Source: Nibricoccus sp. (GTDB taxonomy: Bacteria; Verrucomicrobiota; Verrucomicrobiia; Opitutales; Opitutaceae). From it: a DNA stretch of 64,000 nt. A program made the position numbers and the translations under genes. The notes under the pieces are model-generated. The model saw nothing but the letters and a program-made list of their open reading frames with translations. It had not been told where the DNA came from and did not search any database. This document shows positions 31,898-42,052 of this stretch, one piece after another; the stretch's first letter is position 1; each line of letters opens with the position of its first letter. The stretch covers positions 160,001 through 224,000 of the forward strand of contig JASGHG010000001.1 in NCBI GenBank assembly GCA_047602425.1, in the 5' to 3' direction.

Positions 31898-33610
31898 ATG
31901 CCTACGACCGATTTTCCCGCCAATCCAGCCTCCGCAAAGCCATCGAGCGTTTCCTGGCGCCGCGATTTGCTACTGCTTTCGATCTTGTTCGGTCTTTTGT
32001 TCGGTGCGCGCCTCGGCAGCCTGCCGCTCGCGAATCCCGACGAGGGTCGCTACGCGGAAATCGCCCGCGAAATGCTCGCGACGGGCGATTGGGTTCTGCC
32101 CCGGCTCAACGAAGTTTTTTATTTTGAAAAACCTCCCCTCGTCTACTGGCTGACCGCCGCGAGTCTGGCCGTTTTTGGCGAGAATGCCTGGGCCGCACGC
32201 CTTCCGAATGCGCTGATTGCGCTCGGCGGCATTTTGATCACCTACGCCGCCACACGCCGGCTTTACGGACGCGATGCCGGTTTTGCCGCCGCGGTGGTTT
32301 TGGGAACTTCGGTGCTCTTTTTTGTCCTCGGTCGGATTCTCATCCTCGACATGACTGTGTCGGTCTTCATGGCCGCGGCGCTGTTTTGTTTTATCCTCGG
32401 CGTGCGTGAACAGCCGGGGCGCACGCGGCGTCTGTTTTTTTATGGATTCTACGCGAGCGCCGCGCTGGCCACCTTAAGCAAGGGCCTCATCGGTTTTCTG
32501 GTGACGGGCGCAGTGATGTTTTTCTGGCTGTTAATCTTCAACCAATGGCGACGACTGCGTCCGTTCTACCTGCCGAGCGGCGCGTTGCTCTTCCTGGCAA
32601 TCACCGCGCCTTGGCATTTGCTCGCCGCGCAACGCAATCCCGACTGGGCACATTTCTACTTTGTGCGTGAGCATTGGTTGCGCTTCACCACCACGACCCA
32701 TGGTCGCTATGAACCATGGTGGTACTTCATTCCGGTTTTGCTGGCCGGGCTATTCCCGTGGACCGGCTATCTCTGTCCAGCGCTGCGCAAGGGCCTGGCC
32801 GGCGGTTGGGCGAAACGTAACGAAAATGCGGATACGTGGTTTCTCGTCACGTGGGCGGCCTTCATTTTTCTATTTTTCAGCCGTTCGCAGTCGAAGCTGC
32901 CGCCTTATATTCTTCCGATCTTTCCCGCGCTCGCCGCGCTGGTTGGCAACTGGATCGCTACTCAATGGCGCGAGAATTCCCTTCGCCCTTTCCGCATCGG
33001 GTTGATCCTTTTCAGCGTCGGCTCGGTGGTCGTTGGTCTCGCAGCCGCCGCCGTGGCAATTCATCCGGGTTTGATCCGCGAACGCGAACTCGCCGAAGCC
33101 GCACGCTGGCATGCCGTCGCTCTCGCCGGTGCAACACTTGCGGGCACGTGGCTCACGTGGCAATTCGGCCGGAGCCGCGGGCTTCGCTGGATGTTCGGCG
33201 CACAAGCCGGGACGTTGATCGCGTTTTTCCTCGTCGCCAACGCCGTCGTGCCCCTCGTCGTGCATCGCAATACCCTCGCCCTCGCCGAAATCGTTTCCGC
33301 CAGGATTCAGCCAGGCGATCGCGTGTACCATTATCATGGTTTTTTCCATGACTTCGTTTTTTATACGAAGAGCCCGGCCGGCACGGTGAATTGGCCCGAC
33401 GAACTCGAACTCGACATCGATCCCGCCGCTCGCGCAAGTGGCCGCTACATCGACGACGCGGAATTCCATCGCCAATGGAATGGTTCGCAACGCCTGTGGG
33501 TCGTCGCCCGCAAACGCATCGCCGATGCCCTGCTCTTCTCCAACCCCGATTTCCGTTATCATTTGATTGGCGAGACGAGGGGCCATTATCTTTTCAGCAA
33601 CAAACCCTGA
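31898..33610 (+). CDS. arnT: 4-amino-4-deoxy-L-arabinose transferase (GT83)
   Basis: PDEGRYAEIAREM, YFEKPPL, LSKG and EPWWYF; multi-TM; first gene of the arn cluster. Confidence 0.9.
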   Translation: MPTTDFPANPASAKPSSVSWRRDLLLLSILFGLLFGARLGSLPLANPDEGRYAEIAREMLATGDWVLPRLNEVFYFEKPPLVYWLTAASLAVFGENAWAARLPNALIALGGILITYAATRRLYGRDAGFAAAVVLGTSVLFFVLGRILILDMTVSVFMAAALFCFILGVREQPGRTRRLFFYGFYASAALATLSKGLIGFLVTGAVMFFWLLIFNQWRRLRPFYLPSGALLFLAITAPWHLLAAQRNPDWAHFYFVREHWLRFTTTTHGRYEPWWYFIPVLLAGLFPWTGYLCPALRKGLAGGWAKRNENADTWFLVTWAAFIFLFFSRSQSKLPPYILPIFPALAALVGNWIATQWRENSLRPFRIGLILFSVGSVVVGLAAAAVAIHPGLIRERELAEAARWHAVALAGATLAGTWLTWQFGRSRGLRWMFGAQAGTLIAFFLVANAVVPLVVHRNTLALAEIVSARIQPGDRVYHYHGFFHDFVFYTKSPAGTVNWPDELELDIDPAARASGRYIDDAEFHRQWNGSQRLWVVARKRIADALLFSNPDFRYHLIGETRGHYLFSNKP

Positions 33611-33611
33611 C

Positions 33612-34784
33612 ATGGCCGTTCCCTCCCAAACATCCACCACCACTCCGCCGTTCCTGCCGATGACGCGGCCCACGATCGACGATGAAACCATCGCCGGCGT
33701 CTGCGAGGTTCTCCGCTCCGGCTGGATCACCACTGGTCCAAAGTCGAAAGAACTCGAGGCCAAGCTCTCCGCCTATTTCGGCGGCCGTCCGGTGCGCGTG
33801 TTCAACTCCGGCACCTGCACGATGGAAATCGCGCTGCGCATCGCCGGCATCGGCCCCGGCCATGAGGTCATCACCACACCCATGTCGTGGGTCGCCACCA
33901 GCAATGTCATCCTCGAAGTCGGCGCCAAACCCGTCTTCGTCGACATCGATCCTGTTACGCGCAACATCGATCTTTCCCGTATCGAAGCCGCCATTACACC
34001 GGCCACGCGCGCCATCATGCCGGTCGATCTCGCCGGCCTGCCCGTCGACCGGGATAAACTCTACGCCATCGCCAAAAAACACAACCTCCGCGTGATCGAG
34101 GACGCCGCGCAGTCCATCGGCACGACTTGGAAAGGCAAATTGATCGGCAGCTTTGGCGATTGCGTTTCGTTCAGCTTTCATCCGAACAAAAACGTTACCA
34201 CAATTGAAGGCGGCTGCCTCGTCCTCAACAACGAGCAAGAGGCAAAACTCGCCGAACAGTATCGCCTGCAGGGCGTCGTTCGCTCCGGTATGGATGGCAT
34301 GGAAGTCGAGGTCCTCGGCGGAAAGTTCAATCTCACCGACGTCGCCGCCCGGGTCGGACTCGGACAGCTCGCGCAGGTCGACGCCTTCACCGCGCGGCGT
34401 CGCGAACTCGCACGTTTGTACTTTGAAAAATTCTCCACGCTCAACGCACGTTCGACCGGTCTGCAACTGCCCGTCGCCGATTTCGATCAGAGCAACTGGC
34501 ACATGTTCCAGGTCGTTTTGCCCGAGGAAAAACTTTCGGTGAAACGCGCCGAGATCATGACCCGCCTGAACGCCGCCGGAATTGGCACAGGTGTTCACTA
34601 CCCGGCCATTCATCTTTTCGCGCTCTATCGCCGCCTCGGTTGGAAGGCAGGAGATTTTCCTCACGCCGAATATTTTGGCCGCAACACCCTCACGCTTCCG
34701 CTCTTTCCTACCATGCACGACTCCGACGTCGCACGCGTGGTCGACACCCTCGTTTCCATCGTGCAAGCCTGCCTTCAACCATGA
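33612..34784 (+). CDS. arnB: UDP-4-amino-4-deoxy-L-arabinose aminotransferase (DegT family)
   Basis: LRSGWITTGPK, VIEDAAQ, FSFHPNKNVTTIEGG and GTGVHY. Confidence 0.9.
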   Translation: MAVPSQTSTTTPPFLPMTRPTIDDETIAGVCEVLRSGWITTGPKSKELEAKLSAYFGGRPVRVFNSGTCTMEIALRIAGIGPGHEVITTPMSWVATSNVILEVGAKPVFVDIDPVTRNIDLSRIEAAITPATRAIMPVDLAGLPVDRDKLYAIAKKHNLRVIEDAAQSIGTTWKGKLIGSFGDCVSFSFHPNKNVTTIEGGCLVLNNEQEAKLAEQYRLQGVVRSGMDGMEVEVLGGKFNLTDVAARVGLGQLAQVDAFTARRRELARLYFEKFSTLNARSTGLQLPVADFDQSNWHMFQVVLPEEKLSVKRAEIMTRLNAAGIGTGVHYPAIHLFALYRRLGWKAGDFPHAEYFGRNTLTLPLFPTMHDSDVARVVDTLVSIVQACLQP

Positions 34785-35734
34785 GCACGCCCAAATCCGT
34801 CCAGCTCTCCATTGTCATTCCCGTTTATAACGAGGAGCTGAATCTCCCGACGCTTTTCCAGCGCCTTTATCCGGTGCTCGACGGTCTCGGCCGCAGCTAC
34901 GAAATCATTTTCACCAACGACGGTTCGCACGACAAATCGATCGAACTGCTCAAAACCCAGCATGCCGCACGGCCCGACGTCACGCGCGTCATCGATTTCA
35001 ACGCCAACTATGGCCAGCATATGGCCATCATCGCCGCCTTCGAACGGGTGCGCGGCAACACGATCGTGACCCTCGATGCCGATCTGCAAAATCCACCCGA
35101 GGAAATTCCGAAGCTGCTCGCCCTCGTCGACATTGGCCACGATTGCGTCGGAGGCGCCCGTCTGAATCGCCAGGACTCGTTCTTTCGCACCTACGCTTCG
35201 AAATTCATCAACTTCGTGCGCAAGCAGACGACGAATATCGAGATGACCGACCAGGGCTGCATGCTCCGCGCCTATTCGCGTCCCATTGTCGACGCCATCG
35301 TGCGTAGTGGAGCCATCAATACGTTCATCCCCGCCCTCGCCTACAGCTACGCCGGAAATCCAACCGAGGTTGGCGTCAAACACGAGGAACGTCACGCCGG
35401 CGTCTCCAACTATTCGCTCTACAAACTCATCCGGCTCAACTTCGACCTCATCACCGGCTTTTCCCTCGCGCCCCTCCAGTATTTCACGATGTTCGCCGGC
35501 CTGAGTTCGCTCGGCAGCCTGGCGCTCGTCGCCGTGCTGCTTTTCCGCCGTTTCATTCTACACCTCGACGCCGAAACTTTTGGCGTGTTCACGTTGTTCG
35601 CCATTCTGTTCTTCCTGCTTAGCGTGACCATGATCGGTATCGGCCTGATCGGCGAATACGTCGGCCGCACCTATCAGGTGGTTCGTCATCGCCAGCGCTA
35701 TTTCGTGAAGGAGGTTCTGGAAACCAAGGAATGA
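34781..35734 (+). CDS. arnC: undecaprenyl-phosphate L-Ara4FN transferase (GT2)
   Basis: IVIPVYNEE, NYGQHMAI, TLDADLQNPPEEIP and DQGCMLRAY; two C-terminal TM helices. Confidence 0.92.
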   Translation: MSTPKSVQLSIVIPVYNEELNLPTLFQRLYPVLDGLGRSYEIIFTNDGSHDKSIELLKTQHAARPDVTRVIDFNANYGQHMAIIAAFERVRGNTIVTLDADLQNPPEEIPKLLALVDIGHDCVGGARLNRQDSFFRTYASKFINFVRKQTTNIEMTDQGCMLRAYSRPIVDAIVRSGAINTFIPALAYSYAGNPTEVGVKHEERHAGVSNYSLYKLIRLNFDLITGFSLAPLQYFTMFAGLSSLGSLALVAVLLFRRFILHLDAETFGVFTLFAILFFLLSVTMIGIGLIGEYVGRTYQVVRHRQRYFVKEVLETKE

Positions 35735-36234
35735 GCGCCAAGCCTACGCTGCATCTTATCCACGGGATTCCCGGCTCAGGCAAAACGACCTTCGCGCGCA
35801 AACTGGAGCAGGACCTCCACGCCGTTCGCTTTTCACCCGACGAATGGATGGTGACGCTGCACGGCACGAACCCGCCCGAACCATTGTTTCGCGAACAGCA
35901 TGAGCGCATCATGGAACTAATCTGGGAGCACGTTGAGCGAGTACTGAAAGCGGGATGCGATGTCGTTTTGGATGGCGGTTTTTGGAGTCGCGCCTCTCGC
36001 GACGATGCTCGGCGCCGCTCCGAAAAATTGGGCGTAGCCTGCAAGTTCTACGCCCTCCGTTGCAGCGTCGAGGAAGCTCGGCGGCGAGTCTCAGCCCGTA
36101 CAAAAGCCATGCCACCCGGCACCTTGGAGATAACGGAGCCAACGTTTGATTTTCTACTCGGCAAACTCGAATCACTCGGCGCGGATGAGGAGTGTATTGA
36201 AGTGCCGAGCGACGCCGTCTACACCAATTCATAA
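35731..36234 (+). CDS. small P-loop kinase-like protein (AAA_33-like)
   Basis: LHLIHGIPGSGKTT, SPDEWM and VVLDGGFWSRASRD; ATGA overlap with arnC. Confidence 0.85.
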   Translation: MSAKPTLHLIHGIPGSGKTTFARKLEQDLHAVRFSPDEWMVTLHGTNPPEPLFREQHERIMELIWEHVERVLKAGCDVVLDGGFWSRASRDDARRRSEKLGVACKFYALRCSVEEARRRVSARTKAMPPGTLEITEPTFDFLLGKLESLGADEECIEVPSDAVYTNS

Positions 36235-36236
36235 GT

Positions 36237-37139
36237 ATGGAAAAGCCACGCATCGTTTTCTTCGGCTACAGCGAAGTCGGCTACGAATGCCTCTCACTGC
36301 TTCTCAATCGCGGTGACAACGTCGTCGCCCTCATCACGCACGAGGATAATCCCAACGAGAAAATCTGGTTTAAGACCCCGGCCGTCGCCGCTCGCGAAAA
36401 AAATATTCCGGTTTTCACGCCCGAAAACGTCAACACTCCGGAATGGCGCGAGAAAATCGCCGCATTCAAACCCGATCTGATCCTATCCGTTTACTACCGC
36501 CACATGATCGGCACCAAGATCCTCGGCCTAGCGCCGCTGGGCGCCTTCAACATGCACGGTTCGCTCCTGCCTAAATACCGCGGCCGCGCCCCCATCAACT
36601 GGGCCGTGCTCCACGGCGAATCACGCATCGGCATGACCTTGCACCGGATGGTTAAAGCCCCCGATGCCGGCGCCATCATCGATCAGGAAGGTGTAGCCAT
36701 TGGTCCACGCGACAGCGCCGAAGTCGCTTTTCGCAAGGTCCTCCCGTGCGCGAAAAAAATTCTTCATCGCCGGATCGACGATTTGCTCGCCGGCACCATT
36801 CTCGAAGTCCCGCAGGACGAGTCGCAGGCCACCTACTTCGGCGGACGCAAACCCGAGGACGGCCGCATCAACTGGACGCAAACCTCAAAGCAAATCTTCA
36901 ACCTCATCCGCGCCGTCACCGATCCCTACCCCGGCGCCTTCGTCGACGTCGGCGGCTCACGGCTCATGGTGTGGTGGGCCGAACCGCTTTCCATCGCCAC
37001 GGTCAATCGCAAGGGCAAGCCCGGCGAAGTGCTCTCGATCGATCCCCTTGTCGTCGGCACCGCCGATGGCTCGCTCGAACTCACCCGCACCGAGTGGCGC
37101 GGCCCCAAGCCTGCGCTGCAGATCGGCCAACTGATTTGA
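36237..37139 (+). CDS. arnA: UDP-L-Ara4N formyltransferase (stand-alone ArnA N-terminal domain)
   Basis: FNMHGSLLPKYRGRAPINWAV, GGRKPEDGRINW and NLIRAVTDPYPGAF. Confidence 0.9.
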   Translation: MEKPRIVFFGYSEVGYECLSLLLNRGDNVVALITHEDNPNEKIWFKTPAVAAREKNIPVFTPENVNTPEWREKIAAFKPDLILSVYYRHMIGTKILGLAPLGAFNMHGSLLPKYRGRAPINWAVLHGESRIGMTLHRMVKAPDAGAIIDQEGVAIGPRDSAEVAFRKVLPCAKKILHRRIDDLLAGTILEVPQDESQATYFGGRKPEDGRINWTQTSKQIFNLIRAVTDPYPGAFVDVGGSRLMVWWAEPLSIATVNRKGKPGEVLSIDPLVVGTADGSLELTRTEWRGPKPALQIGQLI

Positions 37140-37236
37140 CGTAATCTCTCAAGAGACGGCACTCCAGCCATAGAACTCGGCAAAATTTCAGCCTTTCAGC
37201 CCTGCGTTCTTTCAGTCTTTCTCTCCTCTTCTCTCC

Positions 37237-38274
37237 ATGCCCATCAAAGTCCTCATCCTCGGCGCCAACGGTTTCATCGGCAGTTCGCTCACGCGTGCTA
37301 TCCTTTCCAAAAAAGATTGGGAAGTCTACGGCATGGACATCGGCAACCACAAACTCACCCACAGCCTCGGCAACCCCCGCTTCAAATTCGTCGAGGGCGA
37401 CATCACCATCAATCGCGAGTGGATCGAGTACCACGTCAAAAAATGCGACGCCGTCATCCCGCTCGTCGCCATTGCGAATCCGGTCCAGTACGTCAAAGAC
37501 CCGCTGCGCGTCTTCGAACTCGATTTCGAAGCCAACCTCGCGATCGTCCGGCAGGCCGTTAAATACAAAAAGCGCGTCATCTTCCCTTCCACTTCCGAGG
37601 TCTACGGCATGTGCCCCGACAAGGAGCTCAACGAAGAAACCAGCACGCTCGTCTATGGCCCGATCGAGCGCCAGCGCTGGATCTACGCCAATTCCAAGCA
37701 ACTTCTCGATCGTGTCATTTACGCCTATGGCGTCCGCGACAATCTGGACTACACGCTTTTTAGGCCTTTCAACTGGATTGGGCCGCAGCTCGATGACGTA
37801 TTCGAACCCAAGGAAGGCAGTTCGCGCCTCTTCACCCAGTTCATCTCCAACGTCATTTTCAAAAAGCCGCTTCAACTTGTCGACGGCGGCAAACAAAGCC
37901 GCTCCTTCACCTTCATCGACGACGGCATCGACGCCCTTCTCCGCATCATCGAAAACAAGGACGGCTGCGCCTCACGCCAGATTTTCAACCTCGGCAATCC
38001 GAAGAATGACGTCAGCGTCGCCGATCTCGCGGATTTGATCATCGATGCTTTCAAGGGCTACCCTGACTACGCCGAACACGTCAAAGCCGCCAAAGTCGTG
38101 AAGGTCTCCTCCGGCCAGTACTTCGGAAAATACTACCAGGACATCCAGAAACGCGTCCCCTCCATCGCCAACGCCAAAAAACGCCTCGGCTGGACCCCCA
38201 AGGTCAACCTCAAGACCGCGATCAAGCTCACGCTCGACTATCACCTCGCGCACAGAGATTACCAGCTCGAGTGA
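37237..38274 (+). CDS. arnA: UDP-glucuronate decarboxylase/oxidase (stand-alone ArnA C-terminal domain)
   Basis: LILGANGFIG, EWIEYHVKKCD, PLRVFELDFEANL, FPSTSEVYG, RWIYANSKQLLDRVI and FRPFNWIGP. Confidence 0.93.
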   Translation: MPIKVLILGANGFIGSSLTRAILSKKDWEVYGMDIGNHKLTHSLGNPRFKFVEGDITINREWIEYHVKKCDAVIPLVAIANPVQYVKDPLRVFELDFEANLAIVRQAVKYKKRVIFPSTSEVYGMCPDKELNEETSTLVYGPIERQRWIYANSKQLLDRVIYAYGVRDNLDYTLFRPFNWIGPQLDDVFEPKEGSSRLFTQFISNVIFKKPLQLVDGGKQSRSFTFIDDGIDALLRIIENKDGCASRQIFNLGNPKNDVSVADLADLIIDAFKGYPDYAEHVKAAKVVKVSSGQYFGKYYQDIQKRVPSIANAKKRLGWTPKVNLKTAIKLTLDYHLAHRDYQLE

Positions 38275-38332
38275 TTCCCGAGCCCGTTGGTGCCAAGCAG
38301 CCCTGAAAACGCTTCCCAGGAGGCAGCCGCCT

Positions 38333-38396
38333 CTGGGAACGCCCGCGTCCCCGCCGGCATCGCTTTAAAAGCCGACGAGGACGTCGGCGCTCCCAG
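38333..38396. repeat. REP-like inverted repeat
   Basis: CTGGGAACGCCCGCGTCCCCGCCGGC pairs with GCCGACGAGGACGTCGGCGCTCCCAG. Confidence 0.75.
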
Positions 38397-38533
38397 CGCA
38401 TAACGCCCGGCCCGCCTTGGCGGAGGCGGACGGATCGTCCCTACCTTTATACGTTTGAATGCAACGAGGCATTACCAGTTTCCACACCTAATTTTTTCCT
38501 TTTCCGCTGACGCCGTCTCGTTGTACTCGTGGC

Positions 38534-40327
38534 ATGGCAACTATGCACGAGGGTGGCTCAGAGCTGTTTTTGGACCGCAACAAGATCGATTCCTTCCGGG
38601 AAACGACCAGGGTCTTGTCGGAATTTTACGAACTCAAAAAGAGTCGCTTCAACTCAGTTATCGAATCCCAGGTGGCGCTGCGCGACATACATCGCCGTCA
38701 GAATGACGAAATCGGCACGCGCTACTATGCATCCTGCAAAGATTACCTCAAGGAACTATTTCGTTCCTGTCTGGCGGAATTGCTCCAGGCCGGGAAACCC
38801 CTGGACGCCCTCTACTCGTCATACCTCACCTGGTTCGGCCACTGGATTAACGCCTTGAAGGCCCAGTTGGAGGAAAAATACGGCAATCAACACGGCTCAG
38901 ACGACACCAACAAATCGCGCCCCAGTTCTCATCGCCTCAAAATAACCGCGGCCGAGAACGCACTGACTCCGCCTCTCGCCTCTGCCAAGGCCCCTCCCGG
39001 GGCGCAAGCATGCATCGATTGTTTCTGCAAATCCGTCAAAGACCACCTCGGCACAGACGCTCTTCATATTGCCGGCGAGGTGATGGTTAGCACCCCGATA
39101 AAATCCATCGGCAAATTTAGAGATTGGCTGGAGCAATCCCCGGTGGAGTTGACCCCACTCAGGGAAACCAGCCTCGTTTTCCACGCGAAATTCATCGAAC
39201 GCAGCGCTGCGGGTTCACGAATCGAGTACAAAATTTATACGGCGATGAATCGCATTTCCCAACCCCTGGCTCCCCACTTGAAGCGCATCATCGCGGAACG
39301 GGATCTCACCATCCACAACTGGATGCTCGCCCAAATGCTCTCCCGCTGGCGTGCCGATTATTTCCCTCAACTCGTCCCTCCCGAGACCATACACTCGCCA
39401 CCTGACTACGACTACCAGAGCGCGTTCAGCATTCTGCAGTCGTATTTTCAAACCGAGCCTCATCACTGGCCAACCTTTGCCCAAGGCGTCGTCGAGTTGG
39501 TGGAACGCCCGCGAACCTTCCTGCGCTGGAACTGCGGGCCGGAACATCATCCGATCAAACGCCAGCTTAGAAATTTCATCGAGCTGGTGACCGGCCCCAT
39601 CGCAAACCCCGTCGAGCGCAACGATCTGTTGACCCGCCTAAAGTCGCCCGGAGCAACCCGCGAGGAAATATTGATCCTCACAAGCGAGTACCTGGCTCTG
39701 CTCAGCGACCAAAAGCCCACGCCTGCCCAGATCCGACGTGAGCTCGACCCGATTGTGTCTGGCTGGACAGACAACCTTCCCCTGTGGCTCCCCAGCCTCC
39801 GGGTCGCGGAGCAAAAATTCCGGCTGCGCCGGGCCGATGATGTCGAGTTGGAAAAGTTGATGGCCGAGGAAACCGCTGCTGAAGAGGAAGCAGAGCAATT
39901 GAGGGCGACCTGGAGTAATTTCCACATGGAACACTCCGATGGAGTGGAACCAGCCTTCCTCGATGAAACCGAAACGATCGCCATCACCTACGTCGAAAAC
40001 CTGGGAGCCGAATCGTGGCGAACCCACGCGATCCGATGCCCACGGCACGACTTTGCCATCGCCTTCGATCTCCACCTGTTCGACCACGACGTGGAAACCG
40101 TGGTCCCCGTTTCCTCGATTGCTCGCGCAATCGAACATTACCTTTTCGAGATGACGACGGAACAGCAGAACATGGTTCCGATGGAACGAATCGCCGGTGA
40201 ACCATGGCGGAAACTTAAGCGTGGCGGCCAGCGCATTTACATCCTTGAGAAAAACGGCGAGATCTTCGTTCACCTTATGAAACGAAAAGACTGGGCGTTC
40301 GCCTCAGTCCAAGAAGCGAGATACTAA
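38534..40327 (+). CDS. 597-aa hypothetical protein with a possible C-terminal RelE/ParE-like domain
   Basis: Long clean ORF with a helical N-terminal region and an acidic coiled segment; C-terminus reads FAIAFD...WRKLKRGGQRIYILEKNGEIFVHLMKRKDW. Confidence 0.7.
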   Translation: MATMHEGGSELFLDRNKIDSFRETTRVLSEFYELKKSRFNSVIESQVALRDIHRRQNDEIGTRYYASCKDYLKELFRSCLAELLQAGKPLDALYSSYLTWFGHWINALKAQLEEKYGNQHGSDDTNKSRPSSHRLKITAAENALTPPLASAKAPPGAQACIDCFCKSVKDHLGTDALHIAGEVMVSTPIKSIGKFRDWLEQSPVELTPLRETSLVFHAKFIERSAAGSRIEYKIYTAMNRISQPLAPHLKRIIAERDLTIHNWMLAQMLSRWRADYFPQLVPPETIHSPPDYDYQSAFSILQSYFQTEPHHWPTFAQGVVELVERPRTFLRWNCGPEHHPIKRQLRNFIELVTGPIANPVERNDLLTRLKSPGATREEILILTSEYLALLSDQKPTPAQIRRELDPIVSGWTDNLPLWLPSLRVAEQKFRLRRADDVELEKLMAEETAAEEEAEQLRATWSNFHMEHSDGVEPAFLDETETIAITYVENLGAESWRTHAIRCPRHDFAIAFDLHLFDHDVETVVPVSSIARAIEHYLFEMTTEQQNMVPMERIAGEPWRKLKRGGQRIYILEKNGEIFVHLMKRKDWAFASVQEARY

Positions 40328-40335
40328 CCTCGTTG

Positions 40336-40968
40336 CTAGAAGCTGTACTGCGCCGTCAGCAGAATCGTGCGCGGACGGATCTTGTCGGTGAAAAACGACG
40401 AGCCTGCCCTGAATTTTGCCTCTGGCAGATCGATCTGCAGGTATTTGATTCCGATGACAAAGGGTCCGGGCGGGTGGATCGAAATTCCCAGCCCGTAGCG
40501 AAACCGGGAACTATAGCCGGACTGGATGTTGGGATCGCCGTCGCTTTGGAAGTTCGTGCGCAGATGAATGTCCGAGTACAGCACACCCACTTCCGGATCG
40601 ATGCTGAGGAGGGGAATAACGTGGATCATCGGCGCAAAGGACGCGTAGAAGCCTTTCGCTCCCACAGTCAGTGGATAAATTTCGCCCGTCGGCGACGTCG
40701 ATGGACCAGTGACTTTGCCCCAATCTTCATAGCCCGCCGTCACGCGCAGAAAATCCGTGAACGAATATCCGCCGCCCACCGCCCAATAATTGCCGTGCTC
40801 GTTCACTTCCGAATTGGGCACGGAACTGCGCGTCGCATCGACGTAACGCGTCGTGTATTTCGTGCGGAACTGACTTTGACCGCCCGCCGCCGTGACAAAA
40901 AAGCCTGTGCTTGCCTGAGCCGCCAAGCCTGTAAACGCCACCAGAAAGAAGCAGAGTGATTTTTTCAT
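40336..40968 (-). CDS. outer membrane beta-barrel protein (OmpA-like)
   Basis: Signal peptide (AQA); VGGGYSF, TAGYEDWG, RYGLGI and C-terminal LTAQYSF. Confidence 0.82.
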   Translation of the reverse strand: MKKSLCFFLVAFTGLAAQASTGFFVTAAGGQSQFRTKYTTRYVDATRSSVPNSEVNEHGNYWAVGGGYSFTDFLRVTAGYEDWGKVTGPSTSPTGEIYPLTVGAKGFYASFAPMIHVIPLLSIDPEVGVLYSDIHLRTNFQSDGDPNIQSGYSSRFRYGLGISIHPPGPFVIGIKYLQIDLPEAKFRAGSSFFTDKIRPRTILLTAQYSF

Positions 40969-41114
40969 GATACCAGGAGTTTTTCCCGACTTTTGATTCC
41001 CAAACTGCGCAGACCGACCCGCGCCCAGCAAGTTCCCTCGCAACAAGATTTGCGGGTGTTTGAGGATTGCCGTGCCGGCCACCGTCTTGAAAGAGTGGCG
41101 CCCTTTCCTCTTTC

Positions 41115-42020
41115 ATGCCCATCCGCCTCGCACTCAAGATCGACGTCGACACCGACCGCGGCACACGCATCGGTGTGCCCAACCTTTTGCAAGATCTACA
41201 GGAATTCGAACTTCCCGCGTGCTTCCTCTTTTCCCTGGGGCCCGATCAGACCGGCCGCGCCATCACGCGCATTTTTCGGCCGGGCTTTTTCAAAAAAGTC
41301 AGCCGCACCAGCGTCGTGAAGCTTTACGGCATTCGCACGCTCCTCAACGGCACGCTCCTTCCCGCCCCGCACATCGGCCGCCGCAACACCCGCGCGCTGC
41401 GCAATGTCCGCGATGCCGGTCACGAGGTCGGCATTCATTGTTTCAACCACTACCGCTGGCAGGACTACGTGCATAAAATGTCCACGATCCAGATCCGCGA
41501 GGAATTCGTTGCCGCGCGGGCTGAGTTTCTCCGCATATTCGGCACGTCCGCCCAGACCGCGGGCGCCCCCGGTTGGCAAAGCAACGCCCGCAGTCGCCAA
41601 ATCTACGACGAAGCCGAACTGCTCTACTCGAGCGACGTGCGCGGGCACTCGCCGTTTTTTCCGCGGATCGACGGACAGGTTTCCAAAACCCTCGAAATCC
41701 CCAGCACGCTTCCAACCTTCGACGAACTTCTCGGCCGTCCCGAGTATCCCGAGAACAAAATCGTCGCCCATTACCTTTCCCTTCTGCGCGAAGATCGTCC
41801 CAATGTTTTCACGCTCCATGCCGAGATCGAAGGCATGGGCAAACGGCAGCTGTTCCGCGCATTGCTTGCCGCCTGTTACGAGGCGCGGGTGCAATTCATC
41901 CGGCTCGACGATCTCGCGCGTGAATTGCTGGCCGATCGCGAAAAAATTCCAGTCTGCGATCAGGTCGACGCCGAAATCGACGGCCGCAGCGGCAAAGTCG
42001 CCACGCAGGCCGCGTGTTAA
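41115..42020 (+). CDS. arnD: undecaprenyl-phosphate-L-Ara4FN deformylase (polysaccharide deacetylase)
   Basis: LKIDVDT, FSLGPDQTGR, YGIRTLLNGTLLP, GHEVGIH, IPSTLPTFDE and FTLHAEIEG. Confidence 0.92.
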   Translation: MPIRLALKIDVDTDRGTRIGVPNLLQDLQEFELPACFLFSLGPDQTGRAITRIFRPGFFKKVSRTSVVKLYGIRTLLNGTLLPAPHIGRRNTRALRNVRDAGHEVGIHCFNHYRWQDYVHKMSTIQIREEFVAARAEFLRIFGTSAQTAGAPGWQSNARSRQIYDEAELLYSSDVRGHSPFFPRIDGQVSKTLEIPSTLPTFDELLGRPEYPENKIVAHYLSLLREDRPNVFTLHAEIEGMGKRQLFRALLAACYEARVQFIRLDDLARELLADREKIPVCDQVDAEIDGRSGKVATQAAC

Positions 42021-42052
42021 TTTTCTGGTAGGAGCGCCATCTAAGCTGGAAA

